NCBI GenBank assembly: GCA_048885525.1
Contig: JBHLLP010000012.1
Location: 1 to 64,000, forward strand
Origin: Candidatus Hermodarchaeota archaeon
GTDB lineage: Archaea; Asgardarchaeota; Lokiarchaeia; Sigyniarchaeales; SOKP01
Length of the DNA stretch: 64,000 bases
Direction of reading: 5' to 3'
Shown here: positions 1-10,450 of the stretch, in pieces
How the letters are laid out: every line of letters begins with the position of its first letter
How positions within the stretch are numbered: position 1 is the stretch's first letter
The notes under the pieces: generated by a model
Database searches by the model: none
What the model saw: the letters and a program-made list of their open reading frames with translations, nothing else
What the model was told of the DNA's origin: nothing
Program-made: the position numbers and the translations under genes

Positions 1-98
1 GCTTGAAAAAGCGACGCTTTCCCGACGAAGAAACTTTAAGAAATGAAGTTCAAGCTAGTTTGATTTTTAAACTTTCACTTCCCCTTATTTCATTATAA
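1..98 (+). pseudogene. 3' end of an ORF entering the window; possible truncated IS630-family transposase fragment
   Basis: The frame from nt 3 reads LKKRRFPDEETLRNEVQA-SLIFKLSLPLISL*. The first part recalls the IS630 C-terminal C-L-x-R-R-x-P-D-x-E-T-L-x-x-E-V-x-A-W segment but stops matching before the W. Confidence 0.3.
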
Positions 99-190
99 TT
101 CAGTTTTATCTCAATTCATTTTCTAAAAATATTGATAAATTATGCTTCTAATATTATATCAACAAGCTTTTAAAAGAAGTTTAATATAAA

Positions 191-2527
191 ATGAAAAGGC
201 TTCCCTCAAAAAGGTTAATTCTTGTCATATTTTCATTATTGGGTATATTATTAACGACAGGATCAATATTTATATTAACTGAGAAATCATATCTTCTAAA
301 AACGCCGAAAAAGACCATTGCCCGTTCGATTTGGTTCATTCATCCTACCGACGAAAGACCGGCTATAGTAATAGTAAGGGATCATTATGAATCATATAAT
401 CCCGATGAGAACTTCACATTACTTGTACATGGATTGGGTGACATGAATATTTCAGAGAGGGGAGCGATTTGGAGTAGGGGAGTACAAGGAATACAAGTTG
501 AGATTTTTAATGATAATTTAGTTCTTACTGAAAAAGAAGGTTATAATGCAGAATTTGAATCAATGGAACCTTATTTAGAAGTTAATTTTGGAGATAAAGG
601 TTTAATTGACATTGTATGGCTTGCAATTGTTATTAAAAACAATAAAACAGTTCCTTATGCCTATCAAAATAAACAAGTCATAATTAATAATTCCTTGATT
701 ATTAGCATTCCTGAAAATGATAAAGATAAACTAATAATTGATTCAAGTTATGGCAGTAAAAGTCCATTTGAGTTTTGTGGAGACATATTTATAGAGGCGA
801 ATGATTCCAATCCTTTTGTCATGGGAGCAAATATATATGATTTAACAAAGGAACCCGCATCTCTAGAAACATTCGAATTTTCGGATAATGAGCGAATCTT
901 AGCAGAGCAATATACTGTAGAATGGGAATTGGATAAAAATATAACAATTCTTTCGATTTTGGAAGAAAGTGAAATTGAAACAATTTTAAATAAACTTCCA
1001 GAAATAGGACCGTGCCTCTACACTAATGATTCTGAAAGAAATGTCATTAAAAACAGGTTGATAGTACCTCCAAATACTATTTATAACCTATTATCAAAAG
1101 CTATCAATCATTCGGCTAAAGTAGCAATGTCCCATAATTTTAATAATGGCAGCATTGAAAATGTAAGGAGTAGACCTCCGCGGGCAAGAGATTTAGCATT
1201 TCACGCGTGGTTATATGAAGATCCAACTGAGGTTTTGCAGGTTTACAAATTAATGGAGTATATAACGGAGCATATTCTTAGATATTATGAACAGCCATCA
1301 ATGCTATGGCATGGGATTTATCTTGCGGATTATGCAATTGCTTGGGATTTCGCACAGTCAATGTTTAATACATCTCAAGAAACTAAAATTAGGGAAAACA
1401 TGATTTTATATGGTCAATTCGTTAGGGATTATTTACCAGTTTGTGGAAAAAATAATTGGGAAACGGTTGTATCTTCAGGAGTCGGTTTAGCAGGATTGAA
1501 ACTGAAAGATTCAGATATGATTCGGGTTACCCTTGAAAAATTAGATCATTATTTAACAGAGAATGTGAGAATTGAAGGAGGAATCTTCGAGGGACAGGAT
1601 TATATAGGTTTCGCATTTGATTCGTATAAACGCTTTATGATAGCATGTGCCCAACATGAAAGTCTCGGCCTACCGAATTATTTCAAGGATGGCAGGTTCC
1701 AATCAATTTTTCAATTTTTCACAAGATGCATTACTCCCGATGGGTTTTTTCCGTTATTTGAGGATGCAAATCCAAGTACATCAGGGTCTACAAATGGATT
1801 CATTGTTGCACCTTTTTTTTCAAATGCTAATAACACTCAGCTTGCAAAAGAATTGGTTTGGGCATATAATTTTCATGATGTAAATTCAACCAGTCAAAGT
1901 ATTGAAAAAATTTTATTCGCAAATTATTCAATAATACCTTCTGAGCCGATTTTACCCGAAAAATATGATAGTGAAGAGATTTATACAGGTGCAAGTTATG
2001 TTGCTCAGGATTCGGGACTTGCCATGTTTAGAAATAACTGGTCTACTAATTCAGCTTACCTTACAACTTCTGCTAAAACATTTGATCAATCACATGTTCA
2101 TTATGATGAATTCAGTTTCGAATTTTGGGCAAATGGCATTAAATTGTTAGCAAATCCGGGTTATCCTGGCTGGAAGCAGGAACATTACTTGTGGACAACT
2201 TCCACCCGTGCTTCAAATGGTGGAGTATTATTTTCGGGGAAGGGGCAAACTAAGGAAGATTGCTCAACAGGAATAGTGCAATGGTTAAGAGGCAAATATA
2301 TAGATTATATTCAGATGAACGATGATAATCTTTATTCGCCTCCATTTTGGGACTATTCTAGGAACTATTCTAGGGACTATTCTAGGAACTATTCTAGGGA
2401 CTATTCTTGGGACTATTTCTGGTTGATAATAATATGGTCGTCTTTAGGCATTGCCTTTATCATTACAGGCTACATGTTGATTAAAAGAAGAACATTATTA
2501 TTTAGACGGAAAGAGAACTTTAATTGA
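191..2527 (+). CDS. Membrane-anchored heparinase II/III-like polysaccharide lyase
   Basis: N-terminal TM/signal; helical region with NNW and EGxxY; C-terminal motifs GLAMFR..W, SHVHYDEFSFEF..NG..LLANPG; C-terminal TM followed by a basic tail. Confidence 0.7.
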   Translation: MKRLPSKRLILVIFSLLGILLTTGSIFILTEKSYLLKTPKKTIARSIWFIHPTDERPAIVIVRDHYESYNPDENFTLLVHGLGDMNISERGAIWSRGVQGIQVEIFNDNLVLTEKEGYNAEFESMEPYLEVNFGDKGLIDIVWLAIVIKNNKTVPYAYQNKQVIINNSLIISIPENDKDKLIIDSSYGSKSPFEFCGDIFIEANDSNPFVMGANIYDLTKEPASLETFEFSDNERILAEQYTVEWELDKNITILSILEESEIETILNKLPEIGPCLYTNDSERNVIKNRLIVPPNTIYNLLSKAINHSAKVAMSHNFNNGSIENVRSRPPRARDLAFHAWLYEDPTEVLQVYKLMEYITEHILRYYEQPSMLWHGIYLADYAIAWDFAQSMFNTSQETKIRENMILYGQFVRDYLPVCGKNNWETVVSSGVGLAGLKLKDSDMIRVTLEKLDHYLTENVRIEGGIFEGQDYIGFAFDSYKRFMIACAQHESLGLPNYFKDGRFQSIFQFFTRCITPDGFFPLFEDANPSTSGSTNGFIVAPFFSNANNTQLAKELVWAYNFHDVNSTSQSIEKILFANYSIIPSEPILPEKYDSEEIYTGASYVAQDSGLAMFRNNWSTNSAYLTTSAKTFDQSHVHYDEFSFEFWANGIKLLANPGYPGWKQEHYLWTTSTRASNGGVLFSGKGQTKEDCSTGIVQWLRGKYIDYIQMNDDNLYSPPFWDYSRNYSRDYSRNYSRDYSWDYFWLIIIWSSLGIAFIITGYMLIKRRTLLFRRKENFN
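2351..2422 (+). repeat. In-frame 12-bp tandem repeat (RACTATTCTAGG x4 plus 2 degenerate units) encoding DYSR/NYSR
   Basis: Units read directly: gactattctagg aactattctagg gactattctagg aactattctagg gactattcttgg gactatttctgg. Confidence 0.95.
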
Positions 2528-2675
2528 AGGAATAGAGCTGTTGAGTGAGAGGTTTAATGACGCTGTAAATGTTTATATCACTTGTGGAAATAAGATTTTA
2601 AATTTTTTTAAGTTAATCATTTCAATTAAAGAAACAAAGTTTAATTTATAGTAAAAAGATTTTAAAAGTCAACTT

Positions 2676-4037
2676 TTACTTTTTTTTCTGATCCAATTTT
2701 GTTTTTTCTTTTTCTTTCTCGAGGATTTGAGAAGGTCTCGCCTTGTCTATGGGCGATTCACATGTCCAACAAGCATTTTCGATCTCAATTACAGCTTTTG
2801 CACACCCTTTACAATATATGGAATTACAGTGTGGACACACATATATATTGAATCCTACCGCACTTCCCTTACATACGATGCATGTTTTTAATTCATCATA
2901 AACAGTTATTTTTTGTCCAATAACTTGTTCTTGTTCTAAATCTACTTCTCTCTTCCAAAGTTGACCGCTCAATTTTTCATTTAACTTTGCTAATTTAATG
3001 CGTTCGGATAAAGGAGCATTTATTTGTTTCAAATGTTCCCACTCATCTAATTTCCCTTTTAAATCTTCATGAAGACGCGCAATTTCATTTGCGAAACTCT
3101 TATATCCGCGTCTTTCTGCAATCCTTTGACCTTGAATCAGAAATCGTCGAGCAATTTTTATGTCAAAAGTAAGTAATGCTAATTTTCCTTGTATTACATA
3201 GGCTTGCATTAAGAGTAGATCGGATTCCCTTTCTTGAGCTAAATCGATGAGTTGCTCAAGTATAGGTTTAATTTCATCGATTATTTCAATTTCTTCTGTT
3301 GATTTCAATTCAAGAAGCAAAAGTTCACAGCGTTTAATAAGAGCTTTGGTAAAAAACCAACCAGGTGTTATTCCATCTTTACAAACCTTTTGTAGCAAAG
3401 CTTCTGCTTTAGCTCTGTCTCGAATTCTCTTACTTAATGTTAGATAGATAGCTTTACACAACATATACATTTTGTGCAATATAGGATCATTTGGTTTAAG
3501 TTCTTTAATTTCTTTTAAGCGTTGTATGTATTTTCTTGCTTTTTCAAACTCTTTCCTTTCAATTGCTATTTCAATAGCATGATAATATATTTCTGTTAGC
3601 CAATAAAGTTGCAAATCTTCGTCGTTATTGAAGTATTCTTCTATTAATTCGATTGCACTTTCGATATATACGATAGCTTTATCTAAATCTCCAGAACGCC
3701 AATAATAATTTCCAAAAAGATAAGTAGAAAGAGCAATATGCTTTTTAATGTCGTATTTTTTTGCTGCTTTTAAGTATTCGTTATTCAGTTTAAGAAAAAG
3801 TTCTAAGTATCCCTTCTTTACATAAGTGATTGTTCTTATATATAATAATTCACACCAAGGTTCTTCAAGTTCTTTAGGCAAGTTTTCTTGAAAAGGTCTA
3901 ATTAACTCATTCCCTATTTCAATTAGCTCCATTGATTCCTTCAGTTTTCCTGTAGCATTGATCAATAAAGCTCTACCAGCTAATCTTTTAAATTTTTTAA
4001 TGATCTTATCTGTAATGGTTTTTTCTTTCTGAATCAT
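2676..4037 (-). CDS. TPR-repeat protein with C-terminal 8-Cys zinc finger
   Basis: TPR-like helices (GNYYWRSGDLDKAIVYIESA); C-terminal CxxC..CPHC..YCKGC..CWTC. Confidence 0.75.
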   Translation of the reverse strand: MIQKEKTITDKIIKKFKRLAGRALLINATGKLKESMELIEIGNELIRPFQENLPKELEEPWCELLYIRTITYVKKGYLELFLKLNNEYLKAAKKYDIKKHIALSTYLFGNYYWRSGDLDKAIVYIESAIELIEEYFNNDEDLQLYWLTEIYYHAIEIAIERKEFEKARKYIQRLKEIKELKPNDPILHKMYMLCKAIYLTLSKRIRDRAKAEALLQKVCKDGITPGWFFTKALIKRCELLLLELKSTEEIEIIDEIKPILEQLIDLAQERESDLLLMQAYVIQGKLALLTFDIKIARRFLIQGQRIAERRGYKSFANEIARLHEDLKGKLDEWEHLKQINAPLSERIKLAKLNEKLSGQLWKREVDLEQEQVIGQKITVYDELKTCIVCKGSAVGFNIYVCPHCNSIYCKGCAKAVIEIENACWTCESPIDKARPSQILEKEKEKTKLDQKKK

Positions 4038-4409
4038 TTCGCTCTCATTATTTTACTTTTATTTATCGTAGTAATACCTAGTTCACATTAAATTTTGGAT
4101 TAATGCTATTAAAACCACATTTTCTTTTAAATTTACTTATCAAATATTCAGATTAATTGCGAATATTTAACACTATTATCATGAACTTTGCTTGAAAACT
4201 AGAGGTTATTAATACTTGATCTTTATAGTCCTGATTCCACATTCGAAATATTCAAATATTTCGGGAGAAAATTTATATTGCAATCTCTTTATATGTCTAT
4301 TTAATTCATCAATATAGTGTTTTGATTGTAAATTTCTTCTTAAATTTACCATTACATTCTTGTATTTATTTAAAAACTGTAGAATAGCTTCAATTGTGTT
4401 CCATGAGGA

Positions 4410-5516
4410 TTAGATAATGCTCCCTATGATAAAGGTTCTTATAATATAGTCATATGGTGCGATATAGGTATAATCGGGGATTTCTGCTGTAAAAATTACG
4501 ATAAAATCATAATCTGGAATCACTGTTATCCATTGACCGCTGTATCCTGCTGCAAGATAATACAAAGGATTTACCCACCATAGATATCCATAATCACCAT
4601 TACTGCCAGGATTAGGTGATGTTGATTCAATTGTCCATTCTTTAGGAACTATTTGGTTACCATTCCAAGATCCATTATTTAAACATAGAATTCCAATTTT
4701 AGCCATCACCCTAGGTGTGAAACAAATGCCATATGCTCCATTAGTAATTCCTTGATAATCCTCTATCCAAGACCAATCTTTCTGAGAAATCCCAATTGGT
4801 TCAAATAGGTAATCTCTAGCAAATTCTGAAGTTTTCATACCTGTTGTTATATTGATTATTGCAGATAAAAGGAAACAACCTGTATTACTATATAGCCAAC
4901 CTTCTCCAGGATCAAATAAGAGAGGTTCGCTAAGAGATTCTTGAATATAAGATTGATAAATACTGTAACCTCCATAAGGAAATCCTGAAGTTTGAGTTAA
5001 TAGATGCCAAATAGTTATGTTTTTTTTCCGTTCATCATAGCTAGGGCTCCAATAATCCTCAAAAAATTCATAAATTGTTTGATTGAGGTTGTCAATATAT
5101 CCCATTTCCATTGCTATACCAATTAGTAGGGATACTATACTTTTTGTACAAGAATACACTTGATGCATATGATCAGCTTCCGTAGGCACCATCCAATGTG
5201 GAGCAAAGCTTTTTTCCTCACGGCGAACATAGTTTTCTAAGAAATTTTCATCAACAATATAGTTGTTACGTACGATTAATACACTATGTAAGTTTATTGA
5301 GTTATTTTGAATGTAATCATACATATCCTCAAATTTACTTGAGTTCAAACCTTGATCTTCTGGATTGACCGTACACCAATAGTCCGTTGGCCAATACATT
5401 CCTCTGCATTGAAATGTTAACATCATTATTGGGATACTGATACCTAAGACTGTTATTAATGATGCACCAATGATTACTGTTATCGCCCAAATGTATTTCT
5501 TTTCCATTATACTCAT
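4410..5516 (-). CDS. Serine hydrolase, beta-lactamase class C/AmpC-like, with N-terminal anchor
   Basis: SxxK (SCTK), HLLTQTSG, YSN, YGYLWW, AAGYSGQ. Confidence 0.9.
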   Translation of the reverse strand: MSIMEKKYIWAITVIIGASLITVLGISIPIMMLTFQCRGMYWPTDYWCTVNPEDQGLNSSKFEDMYDYIQNNSINLHSVLIVRNNYIVDENFLENYVRREEKSFAPHWMVPTEADHMHQVYSCTKSIVSLLIGIAMEMGYIDNLNQTIYEFFEDYWSPSYDERKKNITIWHLLTQTSGFPYGGYSIYQSYIQESLSEPLLFDPGEGWLYSNTGCFLLSAIINITTGMKTSEFARDYLFEPIGISQKDWSWIEDYQGITNGAYGICFTPRVMAKIGILCLNNGSWNGNQIVPKEWTIESTSPNPGSNGDYGYLWWVNPLYYLAAGYSGQWITVIPDYDFIVIFTAEIPDYTYIAPYDYIIRTFIIGSII

Positions 5517-5701
5517 CTATATTATTAATTTTTATATAAATATTAGGAAGAAAAAAACGCTCATAATACAATTTTTAGTCACTTATGAAATATCTTTACT
5601 ATATTTTAGTCATATAGATCTCGGCAGTAGGGAAAAATGCTTCTCCAGGATTAGATCAATAAGATAAAGATTTTTTTCTTTAAATGCTATAATATTGATC
5701 C

Positions 5702-6808
5702 TCATTTGATAAAAAATCTCCTTATTAAGTCATCTGCTTTACTAAAAGGAGTTGTATTTCCTTTCCAATTTAGGAGTACATCACTAAATTGGTTTTCAAA
5801 TGATAAATGAAACATTTCAAGGCGATATCTAAATTCCTCAGCATGTCCTGCTGTAATTAAAATACTTTTTGTTTTGATACCATGAGTGAAAAATACTTTT
5901 TTATCTCCGTGATCAATTTCTTTTATATGACCTTTATCTGATAATATTTCACCAAGAAGTATATCTACTCCTCCCATTGCTGATCCTGCTATATCACTTT
6001 CTACTTGTTTCACCTTATTTTTGTTTACCCCTGACTGAAAATTATACTCATACAAAACTCCAGATGAGGCACTATCTATTACAAACAATCTTTCCATTTT
6101 TAACATCCAGTTTAGTTCTGATAACCTTGGTAAGCGATTCCACACATGTGTCATTAAAAGAGCACCAGTTAATATACATATATACATCAAAACAAACATC
6201 CAATTTCCAAAAATAGGTGTAAGGAGTATAAAGTAAGTTGAAAATCCAGAAAGTGCAAAACCAATTATAAACCATACGATTGGGTTAGATTGTTTTACAA
6301 CCTCGAGCTTCATAAATTTATCCATAAATTTACCACATGAAATCGCTAGAGGTACAACTATGACGATAATATCTATTATTAAACTTTCCAATCCAAAAAT
6401 GCCAAGGATTATTATAGTAATAATGCCACCTCCAGAAAAAATAGAGAGTGTAAATGAAAATCTTTTTTTCTCTTGAATGGGACTATGTAAGTAACTATCC
6501 AATTCGTTCATGAATACAAAAAGAAAAATTCCTATTGCCATGGAAAGGTTGATAAAAAGGGCAAAAATGGGATCATATTCAAGATCTGGATAGAATCGTG
6601 GTAATGATGAAAAAAACAAATTAAGTGCAAAGCATAAAAGATAGAGAGTAAATCCCGTTGTTGAGGAAGCTATTTTACCTTCTCGAATTCTTCTAATTGA
6701 TTGAAGTGCTAAATAAAATATTCCAATTGCAGCTAAAGAATGAAGTAGAAGAATAATATCTCTTTCAAAACCGAGTATTATTGTTTGGAATATCATCTTG
6801 ATTACCAT
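5702..6808 (-). CDS. 7-TM membrane protein with C-terminal longin/roadblock-like domain
   Basis: Seven hydrophobic segments, then a cytoplasmic domain (RLFVID..SG.LYEY, IKEIDHGDKKVFF, RLEMFHLSFENQF) of the Asgard longin-like pattern. Confidence 0.65.
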   Translation of the reverse strand: MVIKMIFQTIILGFERDIILLLHSLAAIGIFYLALQSIRRIREGKIASSTTGFTLYLLCFALNLFFSSLPRFYPDLEYDPIFALFINLSMAIGIFLFVFMNELDSYLHSPIQEKKRFSFTLSIFSGGGIITIIILGIFGLESLIIDIIVIVVPLAISCGKFMDKFMKLEVVKQSNPIVWFIIGFALSGFSTYFILLTPIFGNWMFVLMYICILTGALLMTHVWNRLPRLSELNWMLKMERLFVIDSASSGVLYEYNFQSGVNKNKVKQVESDIAGSAMGGVDILLGEILSDKGHIKEIDHGDKKVFFTHGIKTKSILITAGHAEEFRYRLEMFHLSFENQFSDVLLNWKGNTTPFSKADDLIRRFFIK

Positions 6809-7149
6809 AAAAACTCTTTATTTTTAAAGTTAATCTTCAAGCTTAGTTATTAGTATTATGGTGCTCACAGATATTCCAGAACCCAAATTTATGAATAAGC
6901 GAAAAGAGTAATTAAGGCTCGATCAAATTTCAGTCGTAACTTTATTCTATTTTTTCATTTCAGGATGAATAGAGAAAATAAATGTTTTTGAACAATGCTA
7001 GAAGAAGTTTGAATCTATAAAGTTTAAACAATCTTCAAAACTCCCCTTTTCGAAAAATGTTGTCACTAGCTGGTATTAGATCCAATATTTTAAAAGGAAA
7101 GTAGAATTAATCTTTAAAATCTATAAAGATTCTAAAAAATGAATTTTTT

Positions 7150-8301
7150 ATGAAGAATACAAAACTATCTGTATTTATATTAATATTTAGCATCGGTTTT
7201 TTATTTACGAATATTTCCATCCCACAAGGGTTAAGTATCGCCAATCTCGGTAAAATTCCTGAATCCTGTACAATTTTTACTGCTGCAATTGGAGATAAAG
7301 TGTTTTTTGGTAACAATGAGGACTTCCTTCTTGATGGAACATATATGTGGTTTTTTCCGAGTCAAGAGATTGAAATCCCTAATGGAACATTACTGACGCA
7401 TGGGTCGATATTTTTCGGATTTGATAATAATTATAATCATCCCGCTGATGGACGGGTCATGGGAGGGATGAATGATCAAGGCTTATGTTTTGATATAAAT
7501 GGACTATCTGATATTATTAAGTTAAACTTATACCCTGAGCGAGAAGAAATTTACTCGTGGGCTTTAGGGAACGAAGGTCTCCAAGTGTTGTGGGAATGTA
7601 GTACTGTTAATGATACAATTGAATGGTTTGAATCTCATCATCCCTATAGTTATATTGCATGGCAGATACATTTCGCTGATGCTACAGGGGATGCTGTAGT
7701 TATCAGTGGAGGAGACGATGGAGAGCTCGTATATACTAGAAAAGGAAATTCAACTTACTTAATTTCAACTAATTTTAATGTCGCAAATTTTTCTAGTTGG
7801 CCACATGAATGTTGGCGTTATGATACGGCGAAATCCTATCTCGAAGCCCTCTCTGACGAAGAAAGCCTTACTGTTGACTACTGCCGGGACATATTAGATG
7901 CTGTATCTACGTCTGAGACCTCATATAGCAATATTTTTGATCCTATTCAATTTGATATTTATGTGTACTATGAACATAGATATAGTAAAGTTATTAAACT
8001 GAATTTAGAAGAAGAACTGGCAAATATCACGACAGGAATTAATGGAGAACCAACCACACTTGGTGATATGCTGTCGTATTGGGGAGAATTTACTTTAAAA
8101 GCGATTCGCATTGCAGATCTATTTCAAACTGATTATTCCTGGAATTATTACCCTGATACTCCAGAACCATCTTCTTTAAATCTCTGGCTTTTAATTCCAT
8201 TAATTCTTGGTATTACGGGTTTAGCAATAGGTTCAGTGGTGGGTGTGATTTATGGCTCTAAGCACTTAATTAGATATTTTAAAAAGCTTAGAATGAAATG
8301 A
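7150..8301 (+). CDS. Secreted, C-terminally anchored Ntn-hydrolase (choloylglycine hydrolase/C45-like), paralog 1
   Basis: Signal peptide, nucleophile SCTIF, FGNNED, GGMNDQGL, HFADATGD, STNF, C-terminal TM. Confidence 0.8.
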   Translation: MKNTKLSVFILIFSIGFLFTNISIPQGLSIANLGKIPESCTIFTAAIGDKVFFGNNEDFLLDGTYMWFFPSQEIEIPNGTLLTHGSIFFGFDNNYNHPADGRVMGGMNDQGLCFDINGLSDIIKLNLYPEREEIYSWALGNEGLQVLWECSTVNDTIEWFESHHPYSYIAWQIHFADATGDAVVISGGDDGELVYTRKGNSTYLISTNFNVANFSSWPHECWRYDTAKSYLEALSDEESLTVDYCRDILDAVSTSETSYSNIFDPIQFDIYVYYEHRYSKVIKLNLEEELANITTGINGEPTTLGDMLSYWGEFTLKAIRIADLFQTDYSWNYYPDTPEPSSLNLWLLIPLILGITGLAIGSVVGVIYGSKHLIRYFKKLRMK

Positions 8302-8382
8302 TAATAATATTATAAAATTCCTATATCCATTTGGAACTCTTAAGATATTAGAAATTTCTGATTAAATGAGAATTCACGAGAC

Positions 8383-9255
8383 TTAAAGAATTTTACAACC
8401 GTGAATATTCTTTTTCCTCTGTTTTCTTTTATATAGTAGTATTAATATTATAGACACTCCAATAAAAGACCCAAAAATGATAAAGGGAGATAATCTGGTA
8501 AGTACCATTATCCAGTAATTGCTATATGAGATAAACACACCATTTATATTAATAATTTCATTTTTCCATTCCCACACATAACTTTTACCGTTCACAATAT
8601 TGGTTATCGTACAGTTATAATCTGAGTATGATTTAGGTTGCTTTCCAATTACCCTAAATTCAACTTTTTCTGTTATTGGCCCATTCCAAGCACGGGAAGT
8701 TCCTATATCATAATAGATGTATATATAATCACTTCTAAAGTTTGGATTAGAGATATATGAATCAAAAATATATCTAATATTAAGAGAATTACTCCCAGGA
8801 ATAGATAGATTGACAACTATAAATTTTCTATTGAATTGGCCTTGATAATAGAAATCATGATATTTATCCCAAGGAGCATCCCAAATATCTTGCTGAATAA
8901 CATTAAAAGGAATTGAACTTTCATTTACTTTTATTAAGCAAGAGTCTTTTATATTATTAAAAGCTGAAGAAAAAGGAGCTCCAAGTGTTATGTATTTGGA
9001 CTCATTGGGATTATAGATTGTATAATTCGCTTCTATATGAAGATATATCTTATTAGCAGATTCCCGATAATTAATATCAAAAACAACATTAGCGTTTGTT
9101 AAAATTAAATGATCATTTTCTACGGGAACAAATCCAGCGGTTCCTCTATAATCAATAGGTATAATATCAGCTTTAGCACTACTTATATAGTTTGGAGAAA
9201 TTAAGAATATTATCAAAAAAGTGTATAAATATGCTTTAATTCGAGTTTGTCCCAA
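8383..9255 (-). CDS. Secreted hypothetical protein with C-terminal TM anchor
   Basis: Signal peptide (..SSAKA), YYDIGTSRAWNGPI motif, C-terminal TM followed by KRKQRKK. Confidence 0.7.
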   Translation of the reverse strand: MGQTRIKAYLYTFLIIFLISPNYISSAKADIIPIDYRGTAGFVPVENDHLILTNANVVFDINYRESANKIYLHIEANYTIYNPNESKYITLGAPFSSAFNNIKDSCLIKVNESSIPFNVIQQDIWDAPWDKYHDFYYQGQFNRKFIVVNLSIPGSNSLNIRYIFDSYISNPNFRSDYIYIYYDIGTSRAWNGPITEKVEFRVIGKQPKSYSDYNCTITNIVNGKSYVWEWKNEIININGVFISYSNYWIMVLTRLSPFIIFGSFIGVSIILILLYKRKQRKKNIHGCKIL

Positions 9256-9457
9256 TATAGATGCTCCAGTCTTATTTTTTCCTTGTCTAATTAATTATTG
9301 GCGGTTATCTTTAAATATTAATTTATAAGAAATTTGATCATTTAAATATTACAATAAATTAAAAAAATCTCTAGAAGTAGGGGGCACCGCTTTTATTTGA
9401 ATTAATTTATACAAAGCTAAATTTGAAAAGAATAATAAAATGAAGGAAAATTTTTAA

Positions 9458-10378
9458 TCACATTATTTCTTTGCTAAAAACAGTAATCGGATCTTCAATA
9501 ACAGGACTTTCTATGATTATAACCATTTTATTTACTCCTAAATTTTCAAATTCCTGTATTTTTTCTTGAATATCTTTAATAGTACCCATGAAATGGTATT
9601 TTATATTGGATTTAAAGATTCCCTTCTCTTTTCTTATTCTTTCAAGCGTTTTTTGGTTGTCTACAATTGTAATATTAGTATAAATAGAGGTCTCAAACTC
9701 CATTGGATCTCGACCGTATTCCTTTAATTTTTCATTAATCGTAGAAATACTCTCTCTGAATTTTTTTTGATCTCGAGGAATTTGATATGCTAGATTTACT
9801 CCATCTGCTTCTCTACACGCAAGATCGATCATTCTCTTCCCATTGTTAGTTCCAACAACAATCTGCGGGTAAGGTTTCTGAATAGACTTTGGAAAATTTA
9901 TATGGGTTTCTAGTTTCCAAAATTTTCCATCAAATGTAGTTTCATCTTCTGTAAATATCTTCTTGTAAATAATAAGGGATTCTTCTAACTCATCAACTCT
10001 CCTTTTTGGGGAATAAAATGGATAACCATAGGCCTCAAATTCATCTTTAAGCCACCCTGCTCCTACCCACAGTAAAATACGGCCATTAGAAATATGATCC
10101 AATGTCAATATTACTTTAGCTAAATAAGCTGGATTGCGAAATGAATTACACATAACGATATGGCCTAATTTTATCCTATTTGTTTCCGTTGCTAAAGCAG
10201 CCAATATTGTATTAGATTCTAAAAATGGTATTTTTTTCTTTTGTACATCTCCTAAACTAAAGAAATGATCTGTAACGTGAACAGATTCAAATCCTAATCT
10301 TTCAGCTTTTACTGTTAAGTCTCTAATTTCAGAATATTTTTGATTTGAAGGATCTCTCACAACATACCCAAATCTCAT
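9458..10378 (-). CDS. LLM-class flavin/F420-dependent oxidoreductase
   Basis: MRFG start (ATG at 10378 preferred), AERLGFESV.VTDHF, RNPAYLAK..TLDHISNGR, GAGW..EF.AYG. Confidence 0.9.
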   Translation of the reverse strand: MRFGYVVRDPSNQKYSEIRDLTVKAERLGFESVHVTDHFFSLGDVQKKKIPFLESNTILAALATETNRIKLGHIVMCNSFRNPAYLAKVILTLDHISNGRILLWVGAGWLKDEFEAYGYPFYSPKRRVDELEESLIIYKKIFTEDETTFDGKFWKLETHINFPKSIQKPYPQIVVGTNNGKRMIDLACREADGVNLAYQIPRDQKKFRESISTINEKLKEYGRDPMEFETSIYTNITIVDNQKTLERIRKEKGIFKSNIKYHFMGTIKDIQEKIQEFENLGVNKMVIIIESPVIEDPITVFSKEIM

Positions 10379-10450
10379 AGGATTAAAAAAAAACATGAAC
10401 TAAATTAAGTTTTATCGTTTTTACCGAAAAATGTACATATACGTTATTTT

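Noticed and set aside
2351-2422. CRISPR array
   Set aside because: The 12-bp units are contiguous, have no spacers and lie in frame inside a CDS.
5702-6808. Rhodopsin
   Set aside because: There is no Schiff-base Lys motif in the seventh helix.
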